This document shows, piece by piece, positions 19,253 to 29,350 of a DNA stretch of 64,000 bases (position 1 is the stretch's first letter; each line of letters starts with the position of its first letter). Position numbers and translations under genes: made by a program. The notes beneath the pieces were generated by a model that saw nothing but the letters and a program-made list of their open reading frames with translations, had not been told where the DNA came from and made no database searches. This DNA is from Myxococcota bacterium (GTDB lineage: Bacteria; Myxococcota_A; SURF-8; G963663525), in assembly GCA_963676915.2 (NCBI GenBank), contig CAXXVK010000064.1, positions 1 to 64,000 on the forward strand. Reading direction: 5' to 3'.

Positions 19253-20296
19253 ATGAAGGGATGCGTATTGTTTTCCGTGTACGAACGATCCCGTCTCCTC
19301 GAACTGTTCCGGCTGTTTCCCCTGTGCTGGTTTGGAGTGTTGTCCATTGTCGTGATGACCCAGGCCGGGCACACGGCGGATCTGGTGTTTCGTACCGGTA
19401 TCGACCTTGGTCCCGCTCTTGCGGCATTGTTCTGGGCCTTGATTCCCGCTTCACAATATGCTTTCGCTCCGGCGTGGTTGCTGGCGTTGACCATCGTACG
19501 GCTGCGTTCCCGACTGGATGGCGAAAACCTTGCCCTCTCGGCCATGGGCGCGAACGTTATACGTATCGAACGTCCCTATCTTCTTGCTAGCCTGTTGTTG
19601 ATGTTTCCTGCTGTGGTGGGGGTAGGGTGGTTGAGTCCTTTGGGTTTGACTCAGACCCAACGTTGGTTGGAACAATCCTGGCAGAATGCCACCATAGAGG
19701 GATTCGAGCCGGACGTGTTCGTTCGTCTCGATGACCATCGCCGTATGTTGCTGAAATCCGAAGACAAAGGCGGGCGGCGTGGAGGTTTATTCGTAGACGA
19801 ATCCGATGGCGTGTTGCGTGTGATGGAGTCGGAGAACGTCAAAATCTCCAACGCAGGTCGAGGAAAACGTTTCGAAATGGATGGAGGATGGTTTTATCAA
19901 AAAGACCATTTGCTGCATGAATTCAAGCATTTAACAGTAGAATGGCCTGCCGCCTCACGAATCGCGCCATTGTTTGGGGAAATTGTTTGCCACAGCGGAT
20001 TTCGTCCGGTTGAAAACGGTGGTCTCCCTGCAAAGACGGAACCTTTTCGACGGTTGAGAGCCGTGTTGCTTCTTCCGCTGTTCTGTTTGATTTCCCGTGC
20101 GGCTGTTTCCACCACGAAAAACGCCTCTACCTTTGCCGTATTCGCTGGAATGGCGGGATGGCTGGCGGCGGTGTATCTGTTGGCACGCTTGGGACACAAT
20201 TTGACACTCAAAGGTCTTTTACCTGTCGCCGTGGGGGAATTTCTGCCGTTGCTGCTGATTCCCGTGGCTTTTCTCGTGTCACGGAAAAACGCATGA
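19253..20296 (+). CDS. lptF: LptF/LptG-family permease (divergent LptF-like)
   Basis: 3 TM + periplasmic domain + 3 TM; RLDGENLALSAMG motif; paired with the next gene. Confidence 0.62.
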   Translation: MKGCVLFSVYERSRLLELFRLFPLCWFGVLSIVVMTQAGHTADLVFRTGIDLGPALAALFWALIPASQYAFAPAWLLALTIVRLRSRLDGENLALSAMGANVIRIERPYLLASLLLMFPAVVGVGWLSPLGLTQTQRWLEQSWQNATIEGFEPDVFVRLDDHRRMLLKSEDKGGRRGGLFVDESDGVLRVMESENVKISNAGRGKRFEMDGGWFYQKDHLLHEFKHLTVEWPAASRIAPLFGEIVCHSGFRPVENGGLPAKTEPFRRLRAVLLLPLFCLISRAAVSTTKNASTFAVFAGMAGWLAAVYLLARLGHNLTLKGLLPVAVGEFLPLLLIPVAFLVSRKNA

Positions 20297-21381
20297 CCTA
20301 TTTTCGAACAACATGGAACGAATCACTACGTTTCACGGGAGTAGCTCTCGGTCTACTCGTGGTGTTGTTTCTCGTTTTCGATTCCGTCGAACACGCCCGA
20401 ATCGTCGCGGCGTACCATGCCGAAAGCTTCTATCTTGCTCGTTTGGCGGGAGTTCGTCTGTTTACTGCCATCTATCTGTTACTTCCGCTGGCAGGGCTTT
20501 TCGGCCCTCTAACCTTGTTGTTTTTACGAATGCGCCGTGGCGAATTGCAGGCGTTGGCGGCTTTCGGTCAATCTCCCGTTCGTCGAGTTCTGCCGTTTGT
20601 AATGTTGGGTGGATTGCTTGGCGTTTCGCATATGGTTTTTGGAGCTACGGCAGCGCCATGGGCGGCTGGACGTTATCGGCAAATGATCGACGAAGAGATC
20701 AAGCACAAGCCTGAATGGGGCGAAAAGTGGAGACCGTCCAGCGTCTGGTACCGTGGTCCATCCGGGATCTGGCGAATGGAACGTAAGGACGAAACGGACC
20801 GTACGTTTCGAAATGTGCTGCATTTTCGCAAGGATGAAGACGGTTCGTTGCGGTTTGTCATCGAAGCCAAGCAACTTGCATGGAACGAAGGCAAGTGGAT
20901 CTGGTTGAGTGGACGACGAATCAGCCTGGATGAGTCGGTGACTTTCGAGACATTGGAAGAGCAACTTCCTGAAACTCCTCGATATTTTCGATACGGATGG
21001 GAAAACGGGGAAGAACTGGACCCCTGGAAGTTGACCGAGCAGATCGAATGGAATCGGAAACAAGGGCATAGCGTGGCGCAATTGGAAGGGCGGCAGGTGA
21101 TTCAGTGGGCTTTGCCGTTTTTAACGTGCTGGTTTCCGCTGTTGGCTTTCGTTCTCGTTGGAGCCGGAGAGCGACGACAAACCGGTTGGATATTCGGCCT
21201 GGCTTTCGGGGGTGCGCTTCTCGCGTTTGTTCTCTTGCAAGCGGCGAGTCGCCTGGCGGCATTGGGCGCAATTGGAGTACTTCCGGCGACCGCGCTTCCC
21301 ATCGTTTTTGTAGCAGGTGGAGTTCTTTCCGCTTTTATGTTGCGGGAATTCGGAAAATCCTATTGTTTCAATAGGTTATAG
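20293..21381 (+). CDS. lptG: LptF/LptG-family permease (LptG-like)
   Basis: MRRGELQALAAFGQS motif, IEAKQLAWNEGKW jellyroll; ATGA overlap at 20293. Confidence 0.7.
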   Translation: MTYFRTTWNESLRFTGVALGLLVVLFLVFDSVEHARIVAAYHAESFYLARLAGVRLFTAIYLLLPLAGLFGPLTLLFLRMRRGELQALAAFGQSPVRRVLPFVMLGGLLGVSHMVFGATAAPWAAGRYRQMIDEEIKHKPEWGEKWRPSSVWYRGPSGIWRMERKDETDRTFRNVLHFRKDEDGSLRFVIEAKQLAWNEGKWIWLSGRRISLDESVTFETLEEQLPETPRYFRYGWENGEELDPWKLTEQIEWNRKQGHSVAQLEGRQVIQWALPFLTCWFPLLAFVLVGAGERRQTGWIFGLAFGGALLAFVLLQAASRLAALGAIGVLPATALPIVFVAGGVLSAFMLREFGKSYCFNRL

Positions 21382-21389
21382 CATCTAAC

Positions 21390-22199
21390 TTAACGAGCGT
21401 TGCGCTGATCTTTAATGGAGAACGTCGGCTCGATCATCTTTTGTGTCGTTTTCCACAACGTTTCGGAAGCTCCCAACAAGGGAGGAATGATGTGGCCTCC
21501 GCCGTACCAGTCTGTCCAGACAATTTCTTTGCCATCGAGGTGTTTTAACTGTCCACCGGCTTCTTGAAGAATCGGCGCTATGGCGGCGTAATCCCAGATA
21601 TGAGCCGCACTCACACCGGCGATTCCTGCCCCTTTGGCAACGAGCAGATAGTGGAGCGCCGTACTTCCCAACGATCGGATTTTTCCGTTGAAGTGGAATT
21701 TATAGGCCAAGTGGGACTTGGAAGGGGCATATATCGCGGAACGCTGCAAGATTTCTTCGTCGGTCGCCGCGCGAATGGGGATATCGTTGTAAAAAGCTCC
21801 CTCGCCGATTTGGCCTTTGTATGTGGCATGTAGCGCGGGTAAATTCACCACGCCTGCATAGGGTTTTCCATGGCGAAACAATCCGACACAAACACAGAAT
21901 GTCTCCAGTCCATCGGAAAACACGCCGGTTCCGTCTATCGGATCGACGATCCAGACGTACTCGGACGCTATCGCCTTTTTGAGGCTTTCGCTTTCTTTCT
22001 GTCCTTCTTCTCCGATAAACGCCGCTTCGGGAAGCAATGCGCTTAGTTCGTTTTGCAGGAAGCTTTGGACTTCCGGGTCGGCTTCGGTCAAAACGGAATG
22101 ATCGGGTTTGTAGGAAACATGTGTGCGACCGAAATGTTTTAAAGCGATTTCACCCGCACGGTCAGCAATTTCAACCATACGATCGAGCAGATGGTGCAT
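21390..22199 (-). CDS. Inositol monophosphatase family protein
   Basis: TEAD, GEE, WIVDPIDGT, RSLGS and WDYAA motifs. Confidence 0.9.
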   Translation of the reverse strand: MHHLLDRMVEIADRAGEIALKHFGRTHVSYKPDHSVLTEADPEVQSFLQNELSALLPEAAFIGEEGQKESESLKKAIASEYVWIVDPIDGTGVFSDGLETFCVCVGLFRHGKPYAGVVNLPALHATYKGQIGEGAFYNDIPIRAATDEEILQRSAIYAPSKSHLAYKFHFNGKIRSLGSTALHYLLVAKGAGIAGVSAAHIWDYAAIAPILQEAGGQLKHLDGKEIVWTDWYGGGHIIPPLLGASETLWKTTQKMIEPTFSIKDQRNAR

Positions 22200-22568
22200 C
22201 TTCCCTCTCCCTTTCCCCTCCGGTAAATTTGCTCAGAGCATAACCAAAACGGCTTCGGATGCAAGCTAGATTTTTACTTCTATGCATTAGTATCGGGCAG
22301 ATTGACAAATTGTTCAGTTTTTCCAATAACATCGATTCTCTACACTTTTATTCGAAAGTGATGACGGAACTCCTTTTTTTGTAACGAAGCTATCTTAAGT
22401 TTTTCTGAATGAGGGAATATCGTCACTAAAAGATTTTACTTCATCCGCTTCAATAGAATTCGGTTATAGCCCCTTGTTTTTTGTACCGTGTGTCATACTG
22501 TTAAGTAACGCTTCGCGTTTTCTGCTTTTTGAAGCCCACCATTCTTTTCCCGGCAAAGGAGCGACCGA

Positions 22569-23789
22569 ATGCCTCGCTGGATGTTTTTCGCGATCTTTTT
22601 CGTTGTAGCTCTCACGATTGTAAGTGGTATTCATTACTATATTTATCGGCGGATTGTCGTCGATCCTGCCCTCCCTGCACCATGGGGGCTGATCGTCAAA
22701 ACGATGCTGATCGTTCTGGCGGCGAGCATTCCGATTTCATTCGCTTTGATTCGTTTACTGGATAACGACCTCACCCATTATTTCGTATTCCCGGTATACG
22801 TTTGGCTTGGCGTGATGCTGTTGTTTTTCTTCACGTTTTTTGCATTTGACATCATTCAGGCTGTTGTGTGGATCGTCGCCCGCATTTCCCAGAAACAAGA
22901 ATGGCTTGAAGACCCATCACGACGGGCGATGCTGGCACGTGCCATTGCACTGACATCGGTGGGCACGGTGTTGACCTCTGCCGGGTTGGGAATTGCACGA
23001 GGATTGGGAAAACTGATCGTCCGGCCTGTAGAGGTCGTATTGCCGAAATTGCCAAAGGAATTGGATGGTTTTACCATCGTTCAACTTACGGATCTGCACC
23101 TTGGACCGATGCGAGGCCGTGAGTGGATGGAAGAAGTCGTGCGCAGAACAAACGCGCTGAAGCCTGATCTCGTGGCAGTAACCGGTGATCTTGTGGATGG
23201 TTCCGTCAGCCAGCTTGCCCACGATGTCGAGCCGTTAAAAGATTTGAAATCGAAACAAGGTACGTTTTTCGTCACGGGAAACCACGAATATTTCGTGGAT
23301 TTGTACGGTTGGCTCGATCATCTTGAAAGCATCGGAATTCGAGTGCTGAGCAACGAACGTGTGAGTATCGAGAAGAATGGAGCTTCGTTCGATCTGGCAG
23401 GCGTGGACGATCACGATGGCGGACGGCTGGCGTTGGATCATGGTGTCAACGTACCTGCCGCAATGGATGGTTACAACGGGGATCGGGCTGTGGTTTTGCT
23501 GGCGCATCAACCGCGTGTCATCGACGATGCGGCGAAACACGATGTAGGACTGGTTTTAAGCGGCCACACCCACGGTGGACAAATCTGGCCTTGGGGATAT
23601 CTGGTCTATTTGCAACAACCCTACGTGCGCGGATTGCACGATCACAACGGGACGCAGATCTACGTTAGTGAAGGTACAGGTTTCTGGGGACCGCCGATGC
23701 GATTGGGCAGTACGTCGGAGATTACGAAAGTTACGTTGCGGTCTCCCGAGGTTGTTGGAAAAAAGGCTACGGACAGCGTGACAAGTTAG
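22569..23789 (+). CDS. Membrane-anchored metallophosphoesterase (YkuE-like)
   Basis: TDLH, TGDLVD, GNHE, LAHQP and SGHTHGGQ; N-terminal TM segments. Confidence 0.92.
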   Translation: MPRWMFFAIFFVVALTIVSGIHYYIYRRIVVDPALPAPWGLIVKTMLIVLAASIPISFALIRLLDNDLTHYFVFPVYVWLGVMLLFFFTFFAFDIIQAVVWIVARISQKQEWLEDPSRRAMLARAIALTSVGTVLTSAGLGIARGLGKLIVRPVEVVLPKLPKELDGFTIVQLTDLHLGPMRGREWMEEVVRRTNALKPDLVAVTGDLVDGSVSQLAHDVEPLKDLKSKQGTFFVTGNHEYFVDLYGWLDHLESIGIRVLSNERVSIEKNGASFDLAGVDDHDGGRLALDHGVNVPAAMDGYNGDRAVVLLAHQPRVIDDAAKHDVGLVLSGHTHGGQIWPWGYLVYLQQPYVRGLHDHNGTQIYVSEGTGFWGPPMRLGSTSEITKVTLRSPEVVGKKATDSVTS

Positions 23790-23805
23790 GTTCCGGTCTT
23801 TAGGG

Positions 23806-25023
23806 ATGGCCGTGGAAACAAACGATAAAATTGATGAGAAAACGAGTTCCTCGTGGAATAAAGTGTTTCGTTTTCTTGCGTGGTTGGGAGGGATTTTCGG
23901 GGCGTTTTTCAATCCTCTCGTCGCTCCGAATCTCTTGTGGTGGCCTTACGATCATTGGGCAGAGCATCCCGGCTGGTGGCTTTCGTTCCTGTTTCTGCTC
24001 TGCTTGTGGTTTTGGGTTGGCGGGTTGGCTTTTGTCGCCACTGTTAAGTTTTCTCGTAAATTTCGGTTCATTCTTGCACCGATTCTTGGGCTGTTTTTTC
24101 TCACGGCTTTGATCGAAAGCGGTTATCACACCGTTTATTTTACTCGTTATTTCAGTCAGTTGGATGCCATCGAACAACCGCCCGATCCGTTGTACGAAGT
24201 TCTGGACGAGTCTTCTCGCCGCTATCGTCTTCGTCCCGGCACACAAGTAAACATGCCTTCAGAACGAGACGGAGAGCAAACGGTTCCTGTGACGATCAAC
24301 CTGTTAGGAATGCGGGATACGAAGGTTCGGGTTTCCGTAAATGAAAAAGCCCTGCGCATTCTTTTTGTGGGGGACTCCGTCACGTTTGGTCCCAAACTGC
24401 CTATCGAAGAAACATTTCCTCAAAAAACGGCAACACTTTTGGAGAACGATCTGAATCGAGAGGTTCAGGCATTCAATTTCGGAATTCCCGGTTACAATCT
24501 GCCGGAGATAGCGCAGTTTCGCTCCATCGTGCCGTGGGAGGTTATTCATCCGAACCTCCTAGTATATGCCGTGTGTCTCAACGATGCGCATCTGGAAGAA
24601 GAAATCTACGATCCTGCTACCCGTTCCCTCGTTCCACGTCATCGGTTTTCGGCAGTTGTATGGGGAATCCGATCCTTGGTTCTTGGCGAGGAACGTGAGC
24701 TAGGCCGCCTGTTGGATCAGGTTTTGGAGCAGTCCGTTGCAGATCAACAAGCACCGGTGGTCGTTCTTTTGCCTACGGCTCCGTATCTTAGGGGAATTCC
24801 TGAAGAAAACGCCAACTCCGACCGGAAAGCAGCAGCGTTTTTCAGAAAACACCTTGCAGAAAAAAATGTACCGGTACTTGATTTGTTGGATGCCGAATGG
24901 CCACAGCCTGTAGAAGAAAACTATCTTCCAGGACCGGACCCCGCCCATTTCAGTACAAAAGGATCGCGTTTTGTCGCGGATCGGCTAGTCCGATTCCTCG
25001 AAACGTTTTTACAAAAACAGTAA
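23806..25023 (+). CDS. SGNH/GDSL hydrolase, membrane-anchored
   Basis: GDSVTFG, NFGIPGY, CLND and DPAHFS blocks. Confidence 0.85.
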   Translation: MAVETNDKIDEKTSSSWNKVFRFLAWLGGIFGAFFNPLVAPNLLWWPYDHWAEHPGWWLSFLFLLCLWFWVGGLAFVATVKFSRKFRFILAPILGLFFLTALIESGYHTVYFTRYFSQLDAIEQPPDPLYEVLDESSRRYRLRPGTQVNMPSERDGEQTVPVTINLLGMRDTKVRVSVNEKALRILFVGDSVTFGPKLPIEETFPQKTATLLENDLNREVQAFNFGIPGYNLPEIAQFRSIVPWEVIHPNLLVYAVCLNDAHLEEEIYDPATRSLVPRHRFSAVVWGIRSLVLGEERELGRLLDQVLEQSVADQQAPVVVLLPTAPYLRGIPEENANSDRKAAAFFRKHLAEKNVPVLDLLDAEWPQPVEENYLPGPDPAHFSTKGSRFVADRLVRFLETFLQKQ

Positions 25024-25036
25024 TCGAAAACGGAAC

Positions 25037-26983
25037 TTACCAGTCCAATTTTCGAAGCGCTTTTTCCACGTCTTGGGCGTTGAGTCTTCCCACGAGTTCC
25101 GGCATTACCAGTCCCATACCCCAACGGATTTTCGCTTCAGGGTCCGTGCTGGCGAAAGGTTTTCGAATTTCCCGTTTTTCTTTAATGATGTTCATCAGTT
25201 CGGTTTCGAGATTTACCGTTCGGATCGCGTATTTCGATACGATGGTCTCGACAGGAGTATCCGGGCTTTGAAGAATCGTTTCGAGAATCGGCGTGAGGCT
25301 TTGCAATAACAATTCGCCGTTGACCGCTTTTTGTGCCAGCATTTCAACGAGTTCGGCAGTGAAACGTTCGACGCCCAACCCTTTACGCTGTCCAAAACGC
25401 AATTTTTGTGTAACTCGGCAAATCAGGCTTCGCAGGTCGATATCCGGTGATTCGGCAAGCAGGGTTTCGAACAGCGTTCCCATTTTGCGAACGACGAGCA
25501 TGGAAAGCACATCTTTGGGAAGATGCAGCGGAACTAGCTTTTCGGACAACTCCCACGGCATTTTCGGTAGATTCCTGCGAATTTCCGACACACGTTCCGG
25601 GGTGATTTCAATCGGCGGAAGATCCGTGTCGGGATACATCCGGTCGGCTCCCGGAAGGATGCGTTCGAAACCGTTGGTGCCATCTTTGTGGTGACAGCGG
25701 GTTTCGGCGGGAACGCCTTCGGTAGCTTCTTTGGCACGGATGATGATTTCGTTTGCGGCAGTGAGGATGTCGTCCTTCGAACCCCAGGTGACGACCACGG
25801 CGTCCTCGGGTCCGGCTTTCAGTTTTTTCCTGATCCGATGCCATTGACTGTTGGAAATCGTTGGGTCGAGAGAGTCGGAATGAATCATATTCGGGTGGCC
25901 GTGCAGACAAGCGATGATCCGTACCCGGTCCGAAATCTCACGGGCGAACGAAGTCATGGTTTGTGTTTGTTCGCGCAAAATCCCGGCAAAGCCTTCCAAC
26001 TTCACCGCACGCATTCGCTGGCCTTTTTCCAAGGCGTGCAGGATGGGGATGTACGAGGTCTTCAGCAAGGCTCCGGTCACGTCACGATGCTCGGCATGGA
26101 ACGTCTCGGGCGTAATTCCTCGCTTGCTTAAAATATCCTTGATTCTCAAAAGGTTCCATTGACGCATTGCCTCATTGTAGACCAGCAGCGGAATGCGTCG
26201 CAGGGAATCCACACCCTTGATTTCGATTCGAGTGCCACCGGCGATGGAAACGTTGACATCCTCGCGTCCAGCGCCGATTCCGGTACGGACCTTTCCCGTA
26301 GCGCGAACCAAAGCCCGTAGGATTTCACCCACTTCCATACATTCGGTCGGCGTAACCATCTCCGGCTCGGTGACGGTTTCGATCAGCGGCATACCAAGGC
26401 GGTCGGTTCGGAACGTAATACGGTGACCGACGTTTTCGACTTCTCGGCAGGCATCTTCTTCCAGGCCGAGTTGACGGATACCGATACTGCGGTCATTGTA
26501 AGGAATACTACCGTTGATACCCAGAATCGTCGTACGCTGAAACCCGGTAGGAATCGAACCGTCCAGATACTGCTTACGAGCAATGTGCAACTCGCCGATC
26601 AGATTAAGTTTCAAAAGAAGTGCGACTTCTATGGCGATATCCACCGCTTGATCGTCGATTTCAAAAGGCGGGGCATCGTCCATTTCATAGGTGCAGACCG
26701 TCTCCCGGTTGAGCAGATAGACGATTTCTTTTTTCGTCTTGAATTCCATCAAGGCGGTGCCGTCGTATTCACCCAATTCCGAAAGCGTGGGACGCATGTG
26801 CCGTAAAACCTCGGCGTCGTGTTTTTTCGAATACAGACCCGCTTTGCAACGACAGAACAGCTTGCGTTCGGTCAACAACTGCTGGTGAATTTCCAAGCCG
26901 GTACGAAGGCCGAGCGCGTGCCAATCTTCATCCGTCATTTCGGGGAGTTTCTTAAAAGGATTGCGTGAAAAATCATGTTCCAT
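25037..26983 (-). CDS. gatE: Glu-tRNA(Gln) amidotransferase subunit GatE (archaeal type)
   Basis: GLEIHQQL..KLFCRC, RPTLSELGEYD, RKQYLDGSIPTGFQRT, LEEDA, DRLGMPLIE, REDVNVSIAGGTRIEIKGV and LPGADRMYPDTDLPP. 648 aa including the AspRS-like insertion that GatB lacks. Confidence 0.92.
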   Translation of the reverse strand: MEHDFSRNPFKKLPEMTDEDWHALGLRTGLEIHQQLLTERKLFCRCKAGLYSKKHDAEVLRHMRPTLSELGEYDGTALMEFKTKKEIVYLLNRETVCTYEMDDAPPFEIDDQAVDIAIEVALLLKLNLIGELHIARKQYLDGSIPTGFQRTTILGINGSIPYNDRSIGIRQLGLEEDACREVENVGHRITFRTDRLGMPLIETVTEPEMVTPTECMEVGEILRALVRATGKVRTGIGAGREDVNVSIAGGTRIEIKGVDSLRRIPLLVYNEAMRQWNLLRIKDILSKRGITPETFHAEHRDVTGALLKTSYIPILHALEKGQRMRAVKLEGFAGILREQTQTMTSFAREISDRVRIIACLHGHPNMIHSDSLDPTISNSQWHRIRKKLKAGPEDAVVVTWGSKDDILTAANEIIIRAKEATEGVPAETRCHHKDGTNGFERILPGADRMYPDTDLPPIEITPERVSEIRRNLPKMPWELSEKLVPLHLPKDVLSMLVVRKMGTLFETLLAESPDIDLRSLICRVTQKLRFGQRKGLGVERFTAELVEMLAQKAVNGELLLQSLTPILETILQSPDTPVETIVSKYAIRTVNLETELMNIIKEKREIRKPFASTDPEAKIRWGMGLVMPELVGRLNAQDVEKALRKLDW

Positions 26984-27032
26984 GGCGTAAATTCCTTATG
27001 TGGCTCATCGCTTCCTAAAAAAAATCCTCTGG

Positions 27033-27061
27033 AATGTATGTGGAAAACGTGCGAAGGACAA
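27033..27061 (-). promoter_or_regulatory. Putative sigma70 promoter of gatE
   Basis: Minus strand TTGTCC-N17-TACATT, 50 bp upstream of the ATG and downstream of the preceding terminator. Confidence 0.45.
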
Positions 27062-27079
27062 GAAAAATCCGCACGCATT

Positions 27080-27108
27080 AAAAAAGGCCCGGATTGCTCC
27101 GGGCCTTT
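27080..27108 (-). terminator. Rho-independent terminator
   Basis: AAAGGCCCGGA-GCAA-TCCGGGCC followed by TTTTTT on the minus strand, after the 27135..27746 gene. Confidence 0.85.
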
Positions 27109-27134
27109 CGTGTTAACTCTTTGAAATCAAAGAA

Positions 27135-27746
27135 TTATTCATCCAGGGATTGGATGTATTCAACTTCTTCCACCGCGATATCGTAGACATCTCCGGGTAG
27201 ACAGACTTTGCCGGTGTCTGCATAGTAGTCGGCGATTTGTTCTTCGGTGAAACCGAATTCATCCGCTCCGACGCAAACCTGGTCGCTGTCAGGGGCGCAA
27301 TCTTCGTCGGTGTTGCAAAGGCGCAGGCACAGGCCGATGCCGGGAACGCCCATGATCGGCTCGACGCTCAGGCAGTAGGCACCTTCGGAAGCCGGGCATC
27401 CAGTGCCACCAGGCTGGCACAGATCTGTGGTGCAGTAACCGCCGGGGATTTCAAATTCGGCATCGCCTTCCAATTGGAATTTAGTGCGGGCCGTTTCCGG
27501 GGTCAAACAAACGGATTGGTTGCAGTCGGCTTCTTCCGTGCAGGGGGCACCGATGTTTTTGTCTGCAAGAGCGATGACGTTGGCATCGACGGGAGCGCTT
27601 TCTTCTTGCTCTGCAACCACGTCTTCATCGCCTTCATTTTGATTGTTATTGCCATCGTCGTCGTCGTCATCACCGCCACAGCCAACCATCGTAACCGTAG
27701 CCGCCAGAAGCAGCATCGCCAGAATCCATAAAGATTTCTTCGTCAT
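27135..27746 (-). CDS. Cys-rich acidic lipoprotein of unknown function
   Basis: Lipobox MVGC, a GGDDDDDDG tether, and many Cys in short modules (GAPCTEEADC, PGGYCT, CLRLCNTDEDC). Confidence 0.8.
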   Translation of the reverse strand: MTKKSLWILAMLLLAATVTMVGCGGDDDDDDGNNNQNEGDEDVVAEQEESAPVDANVIALADKNIGAPCTEEADCNQSVCLTPETARTKFQLEGDAEFEIPGGYCTTDLCQPGGTGCPASEGAYCLSVEPIMGVPGIGLCLRLCNTDEDCAPDSDQVCVGADEFGFTEEQIADYYADTGKVCLPGDVYDIAVEEVEYIQSLDE

Positions 27747-27963
27747 TTTTTCCTCTCCTTTTTGAAGTTGTCGTATCGACTTTTTCTTACCGCTTTCGAT
27801 GGAACTTTTAGATATTCCGTAACGAATTCGAATACATGCATTTCCTTGCGTAAACCGAAGCGATACTACTGGCAGCCTCGTTCGACGTCAAGCTTAGAGT
27901 GCAAAAAAGTCGCTGAATTTCAGTACAAACCATCTATAAGACCCACATTTCGTGCGTTGGGTA

Positions 27964-28609
27964 TTATTTGGGCACTTTTTCCCAGTCTTTCATGAATTTG
28001 CTCAGGCCGATGTCCGTCAGGGGATGTTTGGCCAGTTGTTTCATGACACTGAAGGGAATCGTCGAGACGTGAGCGCCCATCAGCGCGGAGTCCAACACGT
28101 GTACCGGATTGCGGATGCTGGCGACGAGTACTTGAGTGTCGTAGTCGTAGTTGTCGTAGATCTGAATGATCTGCTCGATCAATTCCATACCTACGTTGCT
28201 GATATCGTCGAGGCGTCCGACGAAAGGCGAAATGTAGGTAGCTCCGGCTTTGGCGGCAAGCAGCGCCTGCGCGGGAGAGAAGCACAAAGTCACGTTGGTT
28301 TTGATTCCTTCTTGGGACAAGGTACGGACCGCTTGCAAACCATCGAGAATCAACGGGATTTTAATGACGACGTTCTCGCCGTACTTGACCAGTTCCCGAG
28401 CCTGCGTCACCATGCCTTCGGCGTCGAGCGCGGTAACTTCGAGACTGATCGGTCCATCGACCAGCTCGGTGATGTCTTTGATCACTTCTTCGAACGTGCG
28501 TCCGGTTTTGGCGACGAGAGACGGGTTGGTCGTCACGCCATCCACCAGACCCCAGCCCAGTGCGGTGCGGATTTCTTCAATATCGGCGGGTGTCGATAAA
28601 AAACTGCAT
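27964..28609 (-). CDS. tal: Transaldolase/fructose-6-phosphate aldolase (short type); apparent +1 frameshift in codons 7-8
   Basis: [20 protein letters not shown] and [17 protein letters not shown] + ATG at 28609 reads MQFFIDT; removing one C near 28589 restores [22 protein letters not shown]. Confidence 0.85.
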
Positions 28610-28657
28610 CAATGCCTCCTGTAAAAACGAAAAACAGACCTTCACCCCTATATGGGA

Positions 28658-29146
28658 TCAAGGTGACCACAATATCACGTCGGATTGATCCATACATTTA
28701 GCCAGAAGTTCCCTCGCCGTCAAGCCGGAAGAGGGATGTACCAGATTTGGAGCGATTTCAACCAGCGGCACAAGCACGAAACGTCGCTGATTCATATGCG
28801 GATGGGGAAGGGTGAGGGTGTCGCTTTCCATTCGAACGTCCCCGTAGATCAGCATGTCGATATCGAGGGTGCGTGGTCCCCAATGCACGAGTCGTTTCCG
28901 TCCAGCAGCGTTTTCGATGTCCTGCAACATCTTCAACAAAGGCTCCGGCTTTATGGATGTTTCCAGAAGCGCCGTGGCGTTTAGGAACATGCCTTGCTCC
29001 GGTCCGCCGACCGGTTCGGTTTCGTAATAGCTTGAAAAAACCGATAACTTCGTATCAGGCAGAGACTCCAGACGTGTGCGTGCCGTTTCGAGCGTTTCGA
29101 ATCGATCGCCCAGATTGCTTCCCAGCGACAGCGCAACGAGTGGCAT
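28658..29146 (-). CDS. folK: 2-amino-4-hydroxy-6-hydroxymethyldihydropteridine diphosphokinase
   Basis: LSLGSNLGDR, YETEP, WGPRTLDID and LPHP...RRFVLVPL. Confidence 0.96.
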   Translation of the reverse strand: MPLVALSLGSNLGDRFETLETARTRLESLPDTKLSVFSSYYETEPVGGPEQGMFLNATALLETSIKPEPLLKMLQDIENAAGRKRLVHWGPRTLDIDMLIYGDVRMESDTLTLPHPHMNQRRFVLVPLVEIAPNLVHPSSGLTARELLAKCMDQSDVILWSP

Positions 29147-29350
29147 GGATTACCCTATGAAAACGAGTTGAAAGACAACGACCAGAGCATAAGGAGGAAG
29201 CGCTCGAAGTCAACGGTTTTCTTTACAGGACATCCCCCGAAAAACCGTATCACGATTTTGTATTTAGCAGTAAATACAGCGCTTTTAGAGCTTTAAAAGT
29301 GAAAATGAATATTTCTTGTAAAAGCTACTCATTTACAAATAAAAACTTCA

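Noticed and set aside
27650-27680. (GAC)n-type trinucleotide run as a contingency repeat
   Set aside because: It simply encodes the poly-Asp tether of a lipoprotein and stays in frame.
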